A DNA stretch of 64,000 nucleotides from Trichodelitschia bisporula (taxonomy: Eukaryota), in NCBI GenBank assembly GCA_010356995.1, contig ML996704.1, forward strand, positions 434,001-498,000, written 5' to 3'. Within the stretch, counting starts at the first letter, position 1. Every line of letters begins with the position of its first letter. The notes under the pieces are model-generated. The model was not told where the DNA came from and did not search any database. It worked only from the letters and a program-made list of their open reading frames with translations. Both the position numbers and the translations under genes were made by a program. Positions 13,977 through 25,021 of the stretch are shown here, piece after piece.

Positions 13977-15736
13977 TGTCAGGCGCGAAGCAGAAGGAGT
14001 CGAAGAACGCGCGGCGGCGCGCGCTTAAGAAGGCCAAAAAGCAAGAAGTAAGTAAACCTATAATTCCTACCCACAGTATGCTGGGATACTTACCTTCTAT
14101 CCAGCCCGCCACAGCCTCCACAGAACCTGCAGCGAAACAGGACGCGCCCGAATCAGACACTGAAGCGAAGGCTGAGCCTGTGCGATCTCCTGTTGTGGAC
14201 GTTTACGAGCCCTCCGAAGATGATCCGTATTACGAAGAGTTTAAGAAGATCATGGTTCGGTTCCAGGAACCCGAGAAGGACCCGGCGGAGACTGAGGAGG
14301 CGAAAAAGCCCGAGATCTTCTACGACAACGACGACGACATACCGGATGAAGACCAGGATAAACAGAAGCTCTCTAAGAAACAGCGTAAGGCTCTCAGCAA
14401 GCTGTCTATTGCGGAGCTCAAAGCCATCGTTGCAAAGCCAGAGCTTGTTGAGTGGACGGACGTGAATTCCTCCGATCCTCGGTTGCTCATGGCTCTCAAG
14501 TCATACCGCAATGTCGTCCCGGTACCCGCACATTGGTCTCTCAAGCGGGAGTATCTTTCGTCAAAGCGTGGCATTGAGAAGCCTCCCTTCTCTCTCCCCA
14601 AGTTTATTCAAGAAACCGGTATTGCAGAGATGCGCGACGCTGTTTTGGAAAAGCAGGCTGAACAGTCACTGAAACAGAAGCAGCGTGAGCGCGTACAGCC
14701 CAAGATGGGCAAACTTGACATCGATTACCAGAAGATGTGGGATGCCTTCTTCAAGTTCCAGACCAAACCCGAGCTCACCCGCTACGGCGAGGTTTACTAC
14801 GAAGGCAAGGAGTACGAGGTCAATCTCAGACATCTCAAGCCCGGAGAGCTTAGCGAGGACCTTAGGAAGGCCTTGAGCATGCCACCCGGTGCCCCTCCGC
14901 CATGGCTACTCAACATGCAGCGATTCGGACCCCCTCCTTCATATCCCACACTGAAGATACCTGGCCTGAACGCTCCTCCGCCCCCGGGTGGCCAATGGGG
15001 CTTTCATCCTGGCGGTTATGGCAAGCCACCGGTTGACGAATTCAATAGGCCGCTCTACGGAGGTGACATCTACGGCATTGTTCCGCCGACGAATCCCAAC
15101 CAGCCAACGGGCGCCCCGGTGAACCGGACCCTGTGGGGAGAGTTGAAGCCAAGGGAAGAAGAGGAAGAGGAAGAAGAGAGCGAAGAGGAAGACGAGGACG
15201 AGGAGATGGACGAAGAAGAAGCAGAAGACGTTGGAGCCGGTATGCAAACACCCAGTGGCCTCGAGACGCCAGGCGGCCTTGCTTCCACAGTCCCTTCAGA
15301 ATTTGGCGGAACCGAAAGCATTGGAGGCGATTTCACACTGCGGAAGCAGCGGCGTGGCATCGAGTCTGAGGAGCCTTCTGGACGTGCAGCTTATACGGTT
15401 CTGCAAGAGCAGTCCGTCCGCACGCAAGGCTTCTTCGGAAGTGACAGGGTGTATGATCTGAAAACTGCACAGCCACCCCCGAACATCCCCTTGCTTGGGC
15501 AGGAGGAAAACTCGAGGAAGCGCAAGGTAGGCGACATCGACGTGTCGGTAGATGTAGATGCGCTGCAGCGGGAGGACCGTTTGAGCAAGGACGAGATCAA
15601 GAAGCAGTACGATGCCAACCGGAAGGATCCGGGGAGCCAGTGGAACAAGGTGGACCAAGACGATCTGAGTTCGATGATTGCGGAAGAGAACCGAAAGAGA
15701 CAAAAGAAGGAAGAGGAAAAGAAGGGCAGGCGTTAA
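13977..15736 (+). CDS. CUS1: Splicing factor 3B subunit 2 (SF3B2/SAP145/Cus1)
   Basis: DUF382 motifs VVPVPAHWSLKREYLSSKRGIEKPPF and QPKMGKLDIDYQK; PSP domain PPPWLLNMQRFGPPPSYP. Intron 14048..14104. Confidence 0.96.
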
Positions 15737-16358
15737 AGATGGTCGAATGCATGGGCTGCAACAAGAGGACATTGGGTCAAGATGAGGAATGTAATATGTA
15801 CGAGTAAAGCGCAACAGCGGCGTTTGCATCAAGAAGAGTGCTATATGGAGGTTTATCGTTATACCCGGGGCTGTATTGGGGATTTTGGGCACAGCAATCA
15901 AGACAGAATCCAGAGAACGTGTCGAGTATCGGAGAGCAGCTGGATCTGGCCATCACGCCTCCTCCATGTGGACTTGACCTGACGGCCTCGGACCTTCTCA
16001 TTCCAACCAGGTTTCGATCAGTAGGATTCGAGAGCATGATCCTAGCTTGGACCGTCCCACTTGTGTGCCCCAACAGCATTCCGCGCCCCGATCCCGTGTC
16101 CAACTCAAGATGCAGCTGCAGGAGGCAATGTCTTTGTCGTCGTTGTCGTCCGAGATCACGTGTCGTTGATTGCCAGTCCTCAGTCAGTCTTGGCACGTGC
16201 CCTATTCGCCGCGAAAAGCGGTTGGATTGTTGTTCCCGCCGCGCTAGATTGAAGGCGCCTGCTCTTCGACTCCAACTCATTTCTGTCTCCTCATCTCAAG
16301 AACTCTGCGCAAAGGTTGTAGCTACTCGACAGCTGTCACCAACCTTCATTCCACCATC

Positions 16359-17949
16359 ATGGCCGACCGTGACCGTGACCGGAGGTACGTTTGCGCTGCT
16401 TTCGTCCCTTTCATCATCTGCCTCGATGTTGTCTCCCATACTAAATTTCCCGTTATACAGACCATACGAACGCGACAGGTTCGGCGGCGACGCGTATCGC
16501 CCTCGCGACGACTATCGAGGCCGCGGCCCCCCTCTCGCCGACACCTACGTCCCTATCCGGGGCAACGCTCGCGCCCGCTCGCCTCCCTACCGCCGTCGTT
16601 CCCGCAGCCCGCGTGACAACAGAGAAAACTTCAGAAGTGGTGGGGCCTGGCGCCCGGGAGACAGGGAGCGGCCGCGGTCGCCTCCGCGTCGTGCTTTCTC
16701 GCCGCGCCGCGATGACGATAGGCGTGACTTCCGTGCGCGCTCGCCACCGAGGTATCGCTCGCCGCGTCGCGACCGGGAGCTCACGCCGCTGCCTATCAAG
16801 CGGACACGGGAGCCGTCGCCCATCGACCGTAATCGGGATCGGTCGCCGCCGCCGAAGCGTGAGCGTCTTGCTTCTCCGCCGCCGAAGCGCGAACGCCTCC
16901 CGTCTCCTGCGCCTCGTGGGCGTTATCCGAGGTACGAGCCGGACCTTTCATTTCATCATGCTCGCCCTCTAACGGTCTCGAGTCCCCGCCGTGGTTTCTC
17001 TCCTCGCCGCGAGGTTCCGCGCCCGCGCTCTCCCCGCCGCGATCGCCGCGATGTCTCCGATCTTCTCCCTCGTCGGTCCCCGTCGCCCCAGCGCCCCGCC
17101 CTGATCGAGTCGACTACCACATCTCGCCGCTCCTCACCGCCGGTCCACCCTAGCCGCGCCGCCATCATCCCCTCCATCGCCTCTCCCCGTCCGCCTCTAG
17201 AACCGCGTGGCACCCCGCGGCACTCTCCCGCCCCACAGCGCCGCCCCGACAATTTCGACCGTCGTCCTGACAACTTCGACCGCCGTCCTGACAACTTCGA
17301 CCGAGAGCGTGAGCGGGAGCGGGAGCGCGACGTGGAGCCTCCGAGCGGCCCAGCGCCTCGCAACGGAGACGGCATGCGGCGCCCTCTCCCCTCCGGTCCA
17401 CGCAACTTCACCTCCCCGCTGCCGCCCGCCGGATCGCCCAGCGGCCCCGCGATGTCAGCCCACATGCGTAGCGGCGGTCATAACTCGATGCTGTCCGCGC
17501 CGTCGCGTCCGCGCAGAGGCGGTTTCGGCGGATACCCCCAGGCGCCATACAGCGCGCCCCAGCGTCGCACATCGGAGGTGCATCTGCGCCCGAGCCACGG
17601 GCCGCCGTCCGGCCCGCGTGGTCCGGGCCCACACCTGCAGCAGGGGCATGGGTTTCGCGGGAGCAACAACAGCACTTCTACGACGTATCCGCGCACGCAG
17701 CGGTTTTTGAACGATTTACCTGCTGTTGTGCCGGGCGGGCGCAAGATGGCGGTTAAGTCGAATGTTAACTTTGGTAAGCTGAAGAAGTTGGAGGAGGAGA
17801 GTGAGAGACTGAGGCAGGCGATTGCGGAGAAGGAGGCGGAGAATCGGGCGGCGTTGGATGAGTGGGATCGGATGGAGAGGGAATCCGATGCGGCGCAGTT
17901 GAGGACGGATCTGGCTGAGGAGAATTTGGCGAGGGTTGAGATGTTGTGA
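16359..17949 (+). CDS. Arg/Ser/Pro-rich (SR-like) conserved fungal protein with C-terminal coiled coil
   Basis: MADRDRDRR; intron 16385..16460; many RSP/RRSP motifs; NNSTSTTYPRTQRF followed by coiled coil KLKKLEEESERLRQAIAEKE..WDRMERES. Confidence 0.8.
17239..17301 (+). repeat. 21-bp tandem repeat x3 encoding RRPDNFD
   Basis: cgccgccccgacaatttcgac / cgtcgtcctgacaacttcgac / cgccgtcctgacaacttcgac. Confidence 0.9.
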
Positions 17950-18268
17950 GGGTTGGGGTTGGGCAGTGCGTCGAGCGTCTGGCTGTGTCTTTGATAATGT
18001 GGGTGGTTCAGGTGGGAGGAGCATGCCGTTTTCGGCGTATGAGATCAAATCGTGTACTAGAGCAGCATTTGGGGATTTACAAGGAGTTTACCGTCTGAAG
18101 GCTCTACTGTATCCCTATTCTCGGTCATAGCTTCGGTCTAAATAGTCGTCTTGATGTACATCAGTCCAAGTTTGAAGGAAGCGTGATTCCCTATTTTTTT
18201 CACATGCCAATATAACCTCCATCCCAAACACCCAGCGCCTCCCAACTCCCTTCCCAGCCAGCAACCAC

Positions 18269-21200
18269 CTATTCAAACTCCGCCTCCTCAACCGGGAACT
18301 CCTCGACAAGCTTCAGAGCCGTCTTCACATTCATACTGCTCAGCTCCTGGACCAGCAACTTCGCCGCATACGGCATAACCATCTTGCGCACCCCCTCGCT
18401 GCTCTGACACGTCTGACACCACCCACTATACCCAATAAGGCCACACGTAGCACAAATATCGCACTCATGCTTATCCGAGCTCAGCATGAGGCGTTCGCGC
18501 AGGAGTTGACTCGCCCCGTAGGCGATCAGACAATCGCGCTCCATCTCGCCCAAGCGTAGACCACCATCTCGCGCGCGACCTTCCGTCGGCTGCCGCGTAA
18601 GGAGGGCGATTGGGCCGGTCGAGCGCGCGTGCATCTTGTCCTGCACCATGTGCTTGAGCTTCTGGTAGTAAATCGGGCCGAAGAAGACGTAAGCGGGTAT
18701 CGTCTCGCCGCTCACGCCGCAGGTAAGACTGTCCTTCCCCTCGTAGCTGAATCCGCGGGACAGCAACTCGTCACCCATGTCCTCGACCTTGGACCCGCCG
18801 AAGCACGTGCCGTACTGATGCTCGCCGCGGAGGACACCCGCCTTGCCCGCCAGCAGCTCGATCATTTTCCCCACCGTCATGCGGGAGGGGAAACCATGCG
18901 GGTTCATGATGATATCCGGGCAAATGCCCTTCTGGTCGAAGGGCATATCAGCCTGCTCGGCGATGAGCCCGACAACGCCTTTCTGCCCGTGGCGCGAGGA
19001 GAATTTATCGCCTAGTTCCGGGCGCCGCGTTTGGCGCGTTAGGATCTTGACCATTGTGACGTCGGTCTCGGTGGCGGTGAGCATGACTTTGTCAATGTAG
19101 GATGGCACGGGCAGCTTGTACCCTTGGAAAGTGTTGCGGTATTCTTCGCGGCCGGCGGCAGGGCGGGAGGATAGACCGGTGGCGGAGGTGTTCACTGGTG
19201 TTTGCTTGAGGACGAGGTAGTCGCCCTTCTTGACCTCGACGCCGGCTTCGACGATGCCGTCCCCGCCGATGTTCTTGAATCCCGGACGATCGGCCTCGCG
19301 CGCACCGGCGTTAATGATCTCCTTGCTGCCGTTAAGGAAGCGGCGCAGCGGCACGCTGGTCTTCTTGAATACCTGACAGCGGCCGAAGCCGCGATCGCAG
19401 CTCGCTTTGTTGAGGACCAGTGCATCCTCAATATCGTATCCCGAGTAGGACATCACGGCGACTGTGGCATTTTGCCCGGCGGGTAGCTTGTCGTACTGGA
19501 TGAGTTCGATGGTACGCGATTTTACCATTGGGCGTTGGGGGTAGACGAGCAGGTAGAGGAGGGTGTCGAGGCGGCGAAGCTGGTTGTAGGCGATGGCACC
19601 GATGGCTTGCTTACCCATAGCGCATTGGTAGGTGTTACGGGGAGACTGGTTGTGATGAGGGTAAGGGATGAGGCCAGCCACGGCGCCGAGGATGGCGAAC
19701 GGCTCGATTTCGAGATGTGTCGTTGCAAGGGTGATGTCCTTCTCATAGATCGCGATATTTGCATCGTTTTCTTCGTTGACATCCACATACTCGACGAGGC
19801 CGCGATTAAGGAAGTCCTCAAAGTCCATAGTGCCCTTTCGCAAAGAATTGAGGTACCGCGCTGTGACTTTCGATTTGCCATTTTCGACGATGATGAGAGG
19901 ACGGCAGATCCGACCCTCGTCCGTCGCGATGTGAACCGCTCTGTGATGGTGATTGATGTATGCACTGACGAACTCGGAGACGCGCCCCATCCGGCGAAAC
20001 CGCCGGAACTCGTCCAAGAAATCCCTCGGAGTGTGAGTAAGGGCGATCGGAGTTCCGTTGAGGAAGATGAGGTACGACCCTTCGAGGTACAAATCCTTGC
20101 CATCGGCAGAGCAGATGTCGACCGCTCCCAAGGCAAGAACAGCATCGTGGACAGGTTCTTCTTCATCCTCGGTAGTGATGTGTGTCATCAGCGCCAGATT
20201 TTTGACTAGACCGCACTGTTCACCTTCGGGGGTATCTGCCAGGCACAACATGCCGTACTGGGATGGTTGCAACGCACGTGGACCGGAGACCTTTCTCGTC
20301 TTTTCGAACTGACTGCTGATACGGGTCAACATCCCCAGGGCGCTGACATAGCTCAGTCTGCTCAGAACGTGAGAGACACCAGCGCGTTCCATTTTGAAGC
20401 GCTTAAGACTCCAGTTACCGGTGGCAATGGCGCGCTCCATTCCGGCGGTGATGTGATTACCGTGCAGCTTGAGATGTTCAAAGGCGTCAAACTCCGAGGT
20501 CCGGTTTGGCTTCTTCATGACCTTGTCGATACGCATTTTGAAATCTTGGTTGAACTTCTTGAAGTGATCTTCGAACAGGAGCGACAACATCTGACCCGCC
20601 AGTTCCAGCCGCTTGTTGCCCACATAATCTCGATCGTCCACAAGGCTGGGGTCGTGCATGGCCATAAGCAATCTCCGGACCATGAAGGCGATATACAGAG
20701 CTTTTGGCCGGAAATCCAGACCGTGGACTGGGACGTGTGTAAAGATGACGGATGACAGAGCTTCAACAGCTTCGCGCTGGTAGTTGCGCTTCTGTGCCAT
20801 ACCAACAGGGCGCCGCATGAGCTTGACACGCGCCCCGATGTACTCCAGAGCTTGGTACTGGCTGTGTATGTCTTCCTTCATGACTTCTTCGAAGTTGACG
20901 GCAAATTCGTCCTGGTAGATGTCGTCATCTCCGCCGACTAAGAGGAGAATATCATGATCTGAGTTGACACCCATCGCCTTGAAGACTACAACTACCGGGA
21001 TGTCTTCGCTGAAAATGTTGTGCTTGAGATAGAGGCGTCCCTTCTTGAGCACAATGTACGTCTTTGACTTGCGCTCATGTGTGTAACTCGTCACGGAAGC
21101 CTGGAGCATTCCCTTGAAGGACTCGATGAGAACTCGATTTTTACTGGCCTGCTCTTGAACGAGAATGACCTTCTCCTGGCCTCTGACCACGAAGTAGCCT

Positions 21201-21973
21201 CCCGGATCGATTGAGCACTCGTCGAGCACCGCCAGTTCGCTCTCCGATTTGCCGTGCAGCACACAGTTCGCGCTCCGCAGCATAATGGGCATACGACCGA
21301 TATTGATATCTTTACGTTTGATCTTTTGTTGTCCTCGCCGGTATACGATATCCACGACGATAGGAGCGGCATAGGTCATGTCGCGCAAACGGCATTCTTG
21401 CGGAGTGACACTAGAAACGCCGTAAAGATCGTCTCCCTCATCGAGGCGATTAGGCCTGAGGACGCGAATGTCCGTGTACTCCAGCCAAAACTTGTTATCG
21501 GCATCACTGGTGACTCTCTTATTCGCGCGCACAATGTTCTTGAGTTCAACCTCGATGAAGTAGTTAAAGGAGTCAAGATGCTGTTTAATCAGCCCCTTGA
21601 CTTTGAGGAAGGCAGGCAGAAGATTCCACTTGTCTCGTGCAGTGTTGATCGGATCTGTTAGATGTTTGCCATCGTAGAATGGCCGAAGGAGCGCCTCATA
21701 GCCATCATCCGGTCGTCGGCCACGCTTCCTCGGAACTTTATCTGGATCTTGTTGATTCTCCTCGTAGTCATCCAGTATCATAGGGGCTGACTGGTCGACC
21801 TCCTTAGGCTTATGGACAGGAGCGCGTTTGCGTGCCTGAGCTTTGGTGGTATCCTTAGTAGCGGTAAGCATGAAGAAGATCGAAGACGTGGCGGAACGTA
21901 CCTTTGCCTCTGCCTGCACTCCTGCAGCTGCAGTCGCCTCTGCGGGCATAGGTTTCCTCGCCTTAGGAGGCAT
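18269..21973 (-). CDS. RPC2: RNA polymerase III second-largest subunit (RPC2/Ret1)
   Basis: DKWNLLPAFLKVKGL, HNQSPRNTYQCAMGKQ, GDKFSSRHGQKG, NPHGFPSRMTVG, YYQKLKHMV, GGLRLGEMERDC, Zn ribbon CATC..CQTC. Likely ATG 21973 with intron 21901..21854. Confidence 0.97.
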   Translation of the reverse strand: MPPKARKPMPAEATAAAGVQAEAKVRSATSSIFFMLTATKDTTKAQARKRAPVHKPKEVDQSAPMILDDYEENQQDPDKVPRKRGRRPDDGYEALLRPFYDGKHLTDPINTARDKWNLLPAFLKVKGLIKQHLDSFNYFIEVELKNIVRANKRVTSDADNKFWLEYTDIRVLRPNRLDEGDDLYGVSSVTPQECRLRDMTYAAPIVVDIVYRRGQQKIKRKDINIGRMPIMLRSANCVLHGKSESELAVLDECSIDPGGYFVVRGQEKVILVQEQASKNRVLIESFKGMLQASVTSYTHERKSKTYIVLKKGRLYLKHNIFSEDIPVVVVFKAMGVNSDHDILLLVGGDDDIYQDEFAVNFEEVMKEDIHSQYQALEYIGARVKLMRRPVGMAQKRNYQREAVEALSSVIFTHVPVHGLDFRPKALYIAFMVRRLLMAMHDPSLVDDRDYVGNKRLELAGQMLSLLFEDHFKKFNQDFKMRIDKVMKKPNRTSEFDAFEHLKLHGNHITAGMERAIATGNWSLKRFKMERAGVSHVLSRLSYVSALGMLTRISSQFEKTRKVSGPRALQPSQYGMLCLADTPEGEQCGLVKNLALMTHITTEDEEEPVHDAVLALGAVDICSADGKDLYLEGSYLIFLNGTPIALTHTPRDFLDEFRRFRRMGRVSEFVSAYINHHHRAVHIATDEGRICRPLIIVENGKSKVTARYLNSLRKGTMDFEDFLNRGLVEYVDVNEENDANIAIYEKDITLATTHLEIEPFAILGAVAGLIPYPHHNQSPRNTYQCAMGKQAIGAIAYNQLRRLDTLLYLLVYPQRPMVKSRTIELIQYDKLPAGQNATVAVMSYSGYDIEDALVLNKASCDRGFGRCQVFKKTSVPLRRFLNGSKEIINAGAREADRPGFKNIGGDGIVEAGVEVKKGDYLVLKQTPVNTSATGLSSRPAAGREEYRNTFQGYKLPVPSYIDKVMLTATETDVTMVKILTRQTRRPELGDKFSSRHGQKGVVGLIAEQADMPFDQKGICPDIIMNPHGFPSRMTVGKMIELLAGKAGVLRGEHQYGTCFGGSKVEDMGDELLSRGFSYEGKDSLTCGVSGETIPAYVFFGPIYYQKLKHMVQDKMHARSTGPIALLTRQPTEGRARDGGLRLGEMERDCLIAYGASQLLRERLMLSSDKHECDICATCGLIGYSGWCQTCQSSEGVRKMVMPYAAKLLVQELSSMNVKTALKLVEEFPVEEAEFE

Positions 21974-24294
21974 CAGTGCGGGTGCTTTACAGTTCGGCCA
22001 CCGTATAATTTGGGCGAATACAAGACGCAGCAAGTCTCGCGTTGCTACAGTAGCGTGAATTGTCACTATTTTTCGACTTTTTTGGGTGTAGGGATCAGAG
22101 ACGCGGGCTTGGGTTCACCCCGCCGCGGGGTGCACCGCCACAGGCGCCGCCACGAGCAAGCCCCTGCGTTTGGCGTGCTGCGCTAGCTTGTGTTCGGTAG
22201 AGCCGAGCACGGTCCGACAGGACTACGCGACGGGAAAATGATTGGCCGCCATTTACCCCTCATGAGGCGGGCGTGCCGGGTCTGTTGGGAGCGATGGAGG
22301 GGAAGGAGGGAGATGGAGTTGCTGGTGTTGAGCTTTTACATCCGTACCCTTAGGTCAACGTCAAGTCAATTTCGCCTTTGCCTGTCTGGCTACTGCTGTC
22401 AACCCACTCCACGGTCATGAACATCACTGTACTTTACTACAGTACACCCAACATCGTACGAACCTCTCCGCATCTGGACTTAAACCAGCGCGGGCCAATA
22501 ATGTCGACTCAACACTGCGAAGCCCACCCGGAATAAGCGACGAGATGTGAGGGGTCGGTCGGTCCCGCATGGCATGCAGGTAAGAGGTGAATTTGCAGCA
22601 CGTCCATCCGATAGCTCTCGTCACTAGCAGGGCCCCCTTTCGTTACGAAGCGTATAGCGATAAATATGTGCCCTTGGGCGTCATTCGCGCATCTGACCCC
22701 ATAAAATGGCTTTCCGGTATCGCGCTTTACTAATTCCCACTTCCCGTGGCGTCTTTGTGGTTCCCAAAAGGTCCCGGTCGTTTCAAGCTTCAAACCAGCG
22801 GTGAGCACCAAGCTCTTAGCACTGGGGCAATAGTTACCACGCCGCCCTTGCTCATAGCTTCCTGTCTTCTCCTCAGGCATCAAGCTGCTTTGCTACTACT
22901 TGAAAGGCGCTGCAACGCTGCACGCGTGAAAAAGACCTGCGTGGCTGCGGTTGCTACTGCGGTGTATGTGTAGGATCATCTCCACCGCTGTGCTTCAGAG
23001 CACTTCAGCCCAAATTCCGCATCGGCAGCTCATTCTTGCATCAAAAGTGCTTTTTCGTCAGTCCTTTCATACAACTCGACGCTACTTTACCTACCCCCCT
23101 GGTATACTTCGCAGACTCGTAGTCGATCATGCGCTGCTCTCCGCCCCCTCGCTCAGCACTGACCCCAGGGCTCCCTTACCTGCCCCTCCAAGGCTGCCCG
23201 CAGCCCAACGAGCCCCTCATTTTCATTAGGGAAGAATGCGCAAGTCGTGAGGAGCAAAAAATTGTCGTGTGGCGGGGGTGAGCACTACGACAGCCTCGCT
23301 GTGTGTCGAAAGAGACAGCCTGGCCCCGCTCAGGAAGAGGCGTTCTTCGGAAAGGACGAAACAGCCCTTTTGAGCAAGTACTGTGTTCAGGCTGGATTCC
23401 GCAGCTCCAAAAGCCATATTGCTTCCCCTCAGTCTCATCAGACACGTCTGCCACGCTTGCTGCAATGCCGGATATTGCCCAGGCATCCCGGCAGCTCGTC
23501 CCAACAGGCAAGCTCTCGACTGCTGTCGCCGATTCTCGCCGCACATTATTGGGCGCTGTTCCCGTCGCAGAGCACCAGCCTAGGGCCCGTACGGGGCAGA
23601 GACGGCCTCTAAAAGACCGAGAAACGCCAGCCCGACGAGGGTATGGGAGAAGGAATGGTGAGTCGGGCTTCCCAGATGCTGCTAATACCTTCGCACCTTG
23701 AGCACGGTTCTTACGGAACCATGTAGAAATGATCTGAGCACGAAGCCCTTGGATGGTCAAGAGAGTGTGGGGGGTTCGACGGGTGATGGTGCAGCGAGCT
23801 TTGTGGTCGGTGTTGTTACGCGAGTTTGCGCTGGCAAAAGGGACTTGGGGGAAGAGGTGATGAGACCCGCAGCTAATGAGGCAGACTTGCGGTACGAGTA
23901 CTTGCGTGGTACCTCCCGCTGTGGACCATGAAGGTGCAAATCGCAGAGCACGGCATGTACAGTTACATGCGATTGAGCTAGTGATTTTCTGCGCTTGCCT
24001 TCTGCTGCGTGCTTCTCGCTGTTAGGCTGCAAGTCTACTGCAGCAGTAACCTTAACATAAGTTCGATGGGCCCTCTCCGGTCCCAATTCCGATCTATGAA
24101 GTTGAGCAGCAAATCATCAAAAAGGCCCAGATGTTCCAGCCATTCGATAGAATTGTGGCGGTTTCCAGGGTCCATCCTAAGTGCGAGAGACAAGAGAATG
24201 TGCCCTCCGCAGTCCGCTGCCGCCGTTATGCCCGTTTAGACTCTCGACAGCGGAGACCAACCCGCACTAACTTCCGTCTCATAGTCCCCCTCTC

Positions 24295-24321
24295 CCACCA
24301 CCACCACCACCACCACCACCA
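24295..24321 (+). repeat. (CCA)9 microsatellite upstream of the Pumilio gene
   Basis: Direct reading of ccaccacca... Confidence 0.9.
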
Positions 24322-25021
24322 CTACAACCAACCCTCCACATCCCACACACATCCTTCACCATCGCTCTCCGAAGCTGCTGCTGTTGTGACTTTGGACTAG
24401 AATTATACTCCCCCGCCTGTACAATATCCCAGTTCGCCTCCAGAGCCCCTCGAAACTCCTCTCCGCAGCCCCCCCTCGAACCTTCAACCATTTCCCGCCC
24501 ACCTTCCCCCAAAACCCCCCCATCTCATTCTCATCTTCGTCCGGCCGACCTTCCACTCTCCCTTGCAAACCCCACCAAACGCCCTCCTTCACTTGATACC
24601 CCTCCTTACGGCTTGTACTTGTATATTTTATATTGGGGCATTGGTGTGTGCGGCAACCCCACGGTCGTTTACTTGTCCACGCACGGATCCTCCTGCCCAG
24701 GGCTACGTACCTACCTGCCCGGAGCTCTCAACCTGTCCATGTTGTGCAACGAGCTTCTGGGAACTTGACCAACTCCTTTCGTCTCGCTGGAAACTAGTAT
24801 TTCCATCACAGTCCACCAGGGCGTAGGCCCTACGATTGAACATCTGCCGTAAGTTGGTTCCCTGGCCCCCCCAAAGGCTGGATTCGTTGCCCGGTTGCCG
24901 CTCGTGTTGCTCTCAGGCGGCTACCTCACCCCTCCCCGCCCTCCTCCCAGCCTCACACACCTGGGTCGATACTCTGCTCCGCTCAGTACTGACGTGATGG
25001 GCATTACAGCAGATATTCATC

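Noticed and set aside
15838..16358. N-terminal extension of the 703-aa ORF upstream of the SR-like gene
   Set aside because: It runs through the SF3B2 3' region, the promoter and intron 1. The ATG at 16359 in good context with a canonical intron explains the gene better.
22100..24250. Short ORFs or a possible ncRNA (e.g. telomerase RNA) between RPC2 and the Puf gene
   Set aside because: The ORFs lack motifs and coding-like bias. I found no TAACCCTAA-type template, snRNA or tRNA hallmark by eye; a covariance-model search would be needed.
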